From the NCBI GenBank assembly GCA_032718475.1, contig JAUCBJ010008515.1, positions 1 through 64,000 on the forward strand: a stretch of DNA of 64,000 nucleotides, given 5' to 3'. This stretch comes from Nemertoderma westbladi (Eukaryota > Animalia > Xenacoelomorpha). The notes under the pieces are model-generated. The model did not search any database. It was not told the origin of the DNA and saw only the letters and a program-made list of their open reading frames with translations. Positions 58,474 to 64,000 of the stretch are shown piece by piece. Position numbers and translations under genes: made by a program. Numbering within the stretch: position 1 is the first letter of the stretch; each line of letters opens with the position of its first letter.

Positions 58474-58705
58474 TGTAGCAACTTACAATATCGTTAAAAC
58501 ATATTAATTTGATTCTCAGTAAGTTGTTATATTAATACGGTCAGCGCTGTCAGATAAGCTGATTATCCTGGTGTTGTTGTTATGTTGCTAAGCAACATAC
58601 CAATCTCCTATGTACTAACAGCTGTAGTCCTAATCTCAGCTATATGGGGAGGTGAGATAGGTCCTACTATTTAGAGTATTGTCCAGTAATTGTGACTCCG
58701 CCACA
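58474..58705 (-). repeat. 3' LTR of the Gypsy element (~232 bp)
   Basis: On the minus strand it reads TGTGG...CTACA, preceded by the polypurine tract GGGGGGGG(TCA) at ~58709-58716. LINE sequence resumes directly beyond it. Confidence 0.78.
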
Positions 58706-58730
58706 TGACCCCCCCCAGACTCGAAATAGT

Positions 58731-61460
58731 TTACAAATAGTCCGGCGGGTGGATTGTTCGTCCTGACCGAGTTTGTGTGGGCGCTAAGGGTGGGCTCTGT
58801 GATGGGACAATTTTATTCGGAGCCGCTGGTTGTATGGGAACCGGAATAGGGTTAGGTGGTCGACCACGGCGCCGTGGATGGGCAAGGGTGACAGGTTTAG
58901 TTATGTCAAGATGTGCTGGTTTCAGTCGGTCGACCGAAACTGTTTCGGTACGACCCCCCATCTCAATCTTGAACGTTTTTGTTCCAGTTTCGAGAACCCT
59001 GTAGGGGCCCTCATAGGGCCGTTCTAGCGGTGTCCGGTGGGCATCGCGTCGGATGAAGACGTAGGTGGCGTTCTGTAGGCCCCGGGGGAACTGACGACGA
59101 AGTCAAACCATGGCGTGATGTGGGAACCGGAACAAAACGCCCAACCACTTGACGAAGTTGGGGAAGTATTGTTGACGGGGTGTGTTGGGTTTCTATAGAC
59201 GGTGGTAGGAACTCTCCCGGGACAGTGAGCGGAGCACCATAAACGAGCTCGGCGGAGGAGGTTCCTAAGTCGTCCTTGGGTGCTGTCCGGATTCCGAGAA
59301 GCACCCATGGTAATGCGTCTACCCAATCAGGGTTGTCGAGAGAGGCTCGAAGGGCAGACTTGAGATGACGGTGAAACCGTTCTACCAGTCCATTCGCCTG
59401 TGGGTGATACGCGGTGGTGCGGTGTAGTTGGGTGCCCAGCAGCTGATTGATGGCCGACCAGAGGTGGGAGGTGAATTGTGAACCCCAGTCCGATGAGAGA
59501 TCGGCTGGAACACCGAATCGGGCGATCCATGTCGAAATGAGTGCACGCGCACAGCTCTCTGTGGAAGTTTCGCTGAGGGGTACAGCCTCTGGCCACCGAG
59601 TGAAGCGGTCCACAATCGTCAGCAGGTGGGTGAAACCGTGTGATGGTGGTAGAGGACCAACGAGATCAACATGTATGTGGTCGAATCGGCGGTGAGGGGT
59701 TGCGAAGGTGCCGAGGGGTGCACGTATGTTGCGTTGCACCTTGGAGGTCTGGCACGGGATGCAGGTCTTAACCCAGTCTCCTACTTCTTTGCGGAGGCCG
59801 TGCCAGACAAACATATCAGCAATGATTGTCTTGGTTGCGCGAGCCCCAGGGTGTGACAGACCGTGGATGGTGTTGAATACACGTCGTCGCCAGGCCTTGG
59901 GAACGACTGGGCGAGGGTGGCCGAGGGAGGTGTCGCATAGTAGTGTGGCACCTGATGGGCCAAGTGAGACGTCCTCCAGCTGAAGGCCAGAAACAGCCGT
60001 GCGGTACATGGCCATCTCTGTGTCGACAAGTTGAGCGTCCGCCATGGCCCTGTAGTCGAGCCCAGGAAGCAAGTTGCATATGGTGTTGGTATTAGTCCTG
60101 GAGAGTGCATCTGCCACACAGTTGTCTTTACCAGCGATGTGTTGGATATCTGTGGTAAACTCCGAGATGTAGGAGAGGTGACGCTGCTGTCTATTGGACC
60201 ATGGGTCACTGGCACTATATTTGACTTCCGGGGGACATAGTTGGCGGCTAAAGAACGCAAGGGGGCGCCATGAGTTACCGATGAGTTGTTCTAGAACAGC
60301 ACCCACTGCTGTACCTGATGCGTCCACTGTGAGTGCTGTGTGGGCGTTGGTGTTGGGATGAGTTAACATCGTCGCATTGGCGAGGGCATCCTTTGCGATC
60401 TGGAATGCGTGATCCATGTTGGGAGTCCAGTTTAGTGTTTTGGGTTTCCCCGCCAGGGCCGCATATAGGGGTCGCATGATGTCAGCAGCGGAGGGGACGA
60501 ACTGATAGTAAAAGTTTACCATCCCCACAAACTCCTGTAGGCCTTTCACCGTGGTTGGCTGTGTAAACTCCCTGATGGCGGCGACCTTGTCGGGGAGCGG
60601 AACGGCACCGTGAGTTGAAATATGGTGGCCAAGGAAGTCGATTGTTTCACGACCAAACTGACATTTTGCCAGGTTGATAACAAGGCCTTGGTGTTGAAGG
60701 CGCATGAAGAGCTGATGGAGGTGTTCACGGTGCTCCGACTTGGACCGACTTGCAACGAGAATGTCATCGAGGTAAACAAATATGAAGTTGAGTCCCTGGC
60801 ACACCGTGTCCATCAGTCTCTGGAAGGCCTGGGCTGCGTTCTTCAGCCCGAACGGCATCCGAAGGAACTCGAACAGTCCGAACGGGGTGATGACCGCAGT
60901 CTTGGCGATGTCGGCTTCTGTGACAGGGATCTGGTGGTAGCTGCGCACCAGATCGATCTTCGAGAAGATCTTCGCACCTGCCAGTCGGGATGAGAAGTCC
61001 TGGATGTGGGGGATGGGGTATCGGTCCGGAGTTGTGGCGTCGTTAAGTCGTTGGTAGTCGCCACACGACCGCCAACCGCCCGAGGGTTTGGGGGCCATGT
61101 GGAGGGGCGACGCCCAGGGACTGTTGGACCGGCGGATGATCCCCATCTCTTCCATTTTGCGGAACTCCTCCCTCGCGATTTCCAGTTTATCTGGAGGTAG
61201 GCGACGGGCGTGGGCGTGCACGGGAGGTCCCTGCGTGGGGATGTAGTGCTCCACGCCGTGTTTCGCGGTCGGGTCAGAAAACCGTGGTACTGTAATGTCA
61301 GGATATTCGGCAAGTATCTGGGCGAACTCGTCATTGGAGGCAGCTATAGAACTAAGGTGGAGGGCGTGGCCCCGGGTCTGTCCACATGGGATCGAGATCC
61401 AAGTTTCGGCATCGACCAGACGGCAGCCTCTCAAGTCGACCAACAGGTTGTTGGCTCGGA
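58731..61460 (-). CDS. pol: Ty3/Gypsy pol (RT, RNase H, integrase), 5'-truncated, with an RNase H deletion and a C-terminal frameshift
   Basis: [53 protein letters not shown]...[36 protein letters not shown] and VSVDRLKPA. Confidence 0.95.
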
Positions 61461-64000
61461 GATGCAGAGTTGGCAGAATCCTTGTTCGCCAGGGAACAGG
61501 GCCATGACATGAAAATAACATTATCTGGGATAATGAAACGTTGGCAATCTACCATTGAGACAAAGTACTACAAGGCATCCCTGTCCACCCCGCAAGATAC
61601 CAGTGGCTGGGACAGGGTCTCTAACATCAAGATGGTCGTCATCCGGAATTTTGCCAAAAGTCAGCCCAAGGCCTACGACTGGGATGATGACGCCCTTGTA
61701 CGCAATCATAACATTCCCCGTTTCACCCCAGACTACCCAGGCATACAGATGTTGATAGGTCAAAATGTCCCGAGGCCTTAGAAATTCTGGAGAAACGACC
61801 CAGACATCCAGAACCAATGTCAGCTTACGCCTGTAGGACGAGAGTGGGATGGTTCTGTATTGGGCCTTCCCAGAAAACTTTATTAGAACGGAAAGGACCG
61901 ACAAATACAGACACCGACACATGCAATTTAGAAACCCACCTCTGTAATGAGATCATAGAGACTGAAGAGAACATATTGATACCCCTGTCCAAACCGACAG
62001 TGATAGTGACACACTCCTATCCTCAGACCAAGACTGTTTCCTTACTAGGTACAGTGAACCTGATATTGTGTTCCCAATGACTGACCAAGAATTGCTCAGC
62101 ACCCAGTTGGAGTTGTGTAATTTACTGCACCACCTCCCGACCTACAGCAAGAGCTGAACGAGTTCGAGGAAGCCAGGAGTCTCTTAAAACTAGAAGAGCA
62201 TATTGTCACCTGGATGCAGCAGGAAATACTTAAGCAAAACTCCAACGACAAGGCATTGTCATTGGAAGAAGAGCGAGCAAAACAGATTCATGGAACCACA
62301 ACTAGGTTTTTACCGGAACAAGGCAAATACAAAGCTATTTAATAACGAGACGCTTGCGCATAAACGCATTTTACAACTGGAAAGGCATCTCACCGCCAAC
62401 CCGACAGCTCATGGGTTATATAAGGAGCAAATGACCAAGTTCATAAGCAGGGGATATGCGGGACTGGTCCCACCAGACACCCCCAAGACTGACCAGACAT
62501 ACTACCTTACTCACCATTACGTCGAAAGGGAACACAAACCAGGACGTATTAAGGTAGTGTTCGACGGTTCGGCTAAGTACCAAGGACAATCCCTTAACTG
62601 AACTACTACCTGGACCCAACTTGTTGCAGTCTCTACCCGGAATATTAATGCGCATGCGACAATATGCCGTCGCCTTCGCTTCAGACATAGAGGGTATGTT
62701 CCTGCAAGTGAAAGCATTAGATATTGACCGGGACAGCATGCGTTTCTTGTGGTGGACAGAAGGATACTTAAATTCTGACCCAGTAGAGTATCGTATGACC
62801 ATTCAAGCATTCGGTATCATTTCCAGCCCATTGAACTCATGTTCAGTGCTACATCGAACAGCTGACGACCATCGGGATGAGTTTCCACCATCCGTCATAG
62901 ATAATATCAAAAGGGATATTTATATGGAAGATATCTTGAAATCAGCCCCGACAGTCAAGGAAGCCATAAACATTGCTCAAGGGACAGTAAACTGCCTGAA
63001 ACTTGGAGGATTTCGCCTGACGAAATTCACTAGCAATTCCTGTGAGTTTCTAAAGGCTATACCCCCTGCAGAGCATGGTGATACCGAACTAGACTTAAAC
63101 AAGGACGACCAGCCAGAGACTAAGACGTTAGGACTTTGTTGGCTAACAGAAAGCGATACTATGGTATTCAAAGTCAAGTTAAGAAAGGGCGAAACTCGAA
63201 CCAATCGCATTTGCCTCAGCATACTTAGCACTTATTTCGACCCTCTCAGATTTATCAGTCCAGTTATTTCACTAGCTGAGATCTCGTTCAGCGAATGTGG
63301 AAGGAGAATGACAGTTGGGACGACCCCTTGACACGGACACTATTAGAAGACTGGTGGTGATGGGAATGGTCCTTACCTGACTTGGAGAAGTTTTCCCTTA
63401 CCAGAGCATATTTCCCAAATGTAGACTCCCTGCAGACTTACAAACTTCATGTATTCAGTGACGCGAAAGACAAAGGCATCGGGATTGTAGCTTACTTTAG
63501 ATGCGAAACTCCAGACGGTATCGCAGTAGCTTTAGTTGCCTCGAAGGCCCTTATAAGACCAATAGCTAAAACCAAAGACACTTTGACTATACCCAGAGCC
63601 GAACTTAAGGCAGCCATATACGCTACCATCATTGCCAAGAACGTGTTGGCACAGACAGACTATACGGAAGTAAGGACAGATTACTGGACAGACACTGCAT
63701 TAGTTTTAGAATATCTGACCAACATGACATGCCAATTTAGTGTGTATGTGACAAACCGTGTAGCGCGGATCCTAAAGGACACGACGTCAAACAATGGAGA
63801 CACAGCCCTGGATTGTTAAATCCAGCCGACATTGCTTCTCACGGCGCCACCCCTTAGGAACTAATAGATACTAAGTGTTGGTTGCAAGGACCTGCGTTTT
63901 TGGAAGGCCCCGAAGATAGTTGGCCCCAAATTTAACGCCTGCAGAGATAAGGCAGCAAGTGAAAGTTTGGTCTGTGTCGGGCTGGGGATGGAGGGCGGCT
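61461..64000 (+). pseudogene. Second BEL/Pao pol (protease C-terminus, RT, RNase H), degenerate, running off the window
   Basis: LIGQN, RTRVGW, YYLTHH.V...KPGRIKVVFDGSA, SLN..L.PGPNL, DIEGMFLQV, RFLW, YMEDIL, GGFRLTKF.SN, KTLGLCW, FDPL, LHVFSDA, LTIPRAEL.AA, WTD, NRV..I, NPADIAS.G. Many stops and frameshifts. Confidence 0.92.

Noticed and set aside
61386-61521. Starts of ORFs 59011-61521(-) and 61386-61781(+)
   Set aside because: Both read through the Gypsy/BEL junction at ~61460, so they are chimeric artefacts.
59024-61555. Many overlapping alternative-frame and antisense ORFs in the Gypsy region
   Set aside because: These are expected shadows of a GC-rich coding sequence.

Overview
This is an AT-rich eukaryotic (probably invertebrate animal) window made up almost entirely of nested transposable elements. 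I see no convincing host gene, RNA gene or CRISPR array. The main element is a 12.3-kb BEL/Pao-type LTR element (25424-37704, minus strand, TATAT target-site duplication (TSD), near-identical ~1.19-kb LTRs). It keeps a long gag, a pol remnant from which RT, RNase H and integrase have been removed in frame, and an unexplained 376-aa ORF in the env position. It has no tRNA primer-binding site; instead an 11-nt sequence next to the 5' LTR is perfectly complementary to a site inside its own LTR, suggesting Tf1-like self-priming. Other elements are a near-intact Sola1 transposon and a solo LTR inserted in an L2/CR1 LINE, a degenerate AcademX, RTE, CRE, Gypsy, second BEL, pogo and P-like fragments, several MITE-like elements (hAT, MULE, piggyBac and CACTA types) and tandem arrays. 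Pairwise comparison of repeat copies inside the window shows 5-6 bp insertions at TA sites (TA-CAG-TA, TA-CTG-TA, TA-GGCC-TA) that look like transposon excision footprints. All family assignments come from motif recognition by eye, not database searches.
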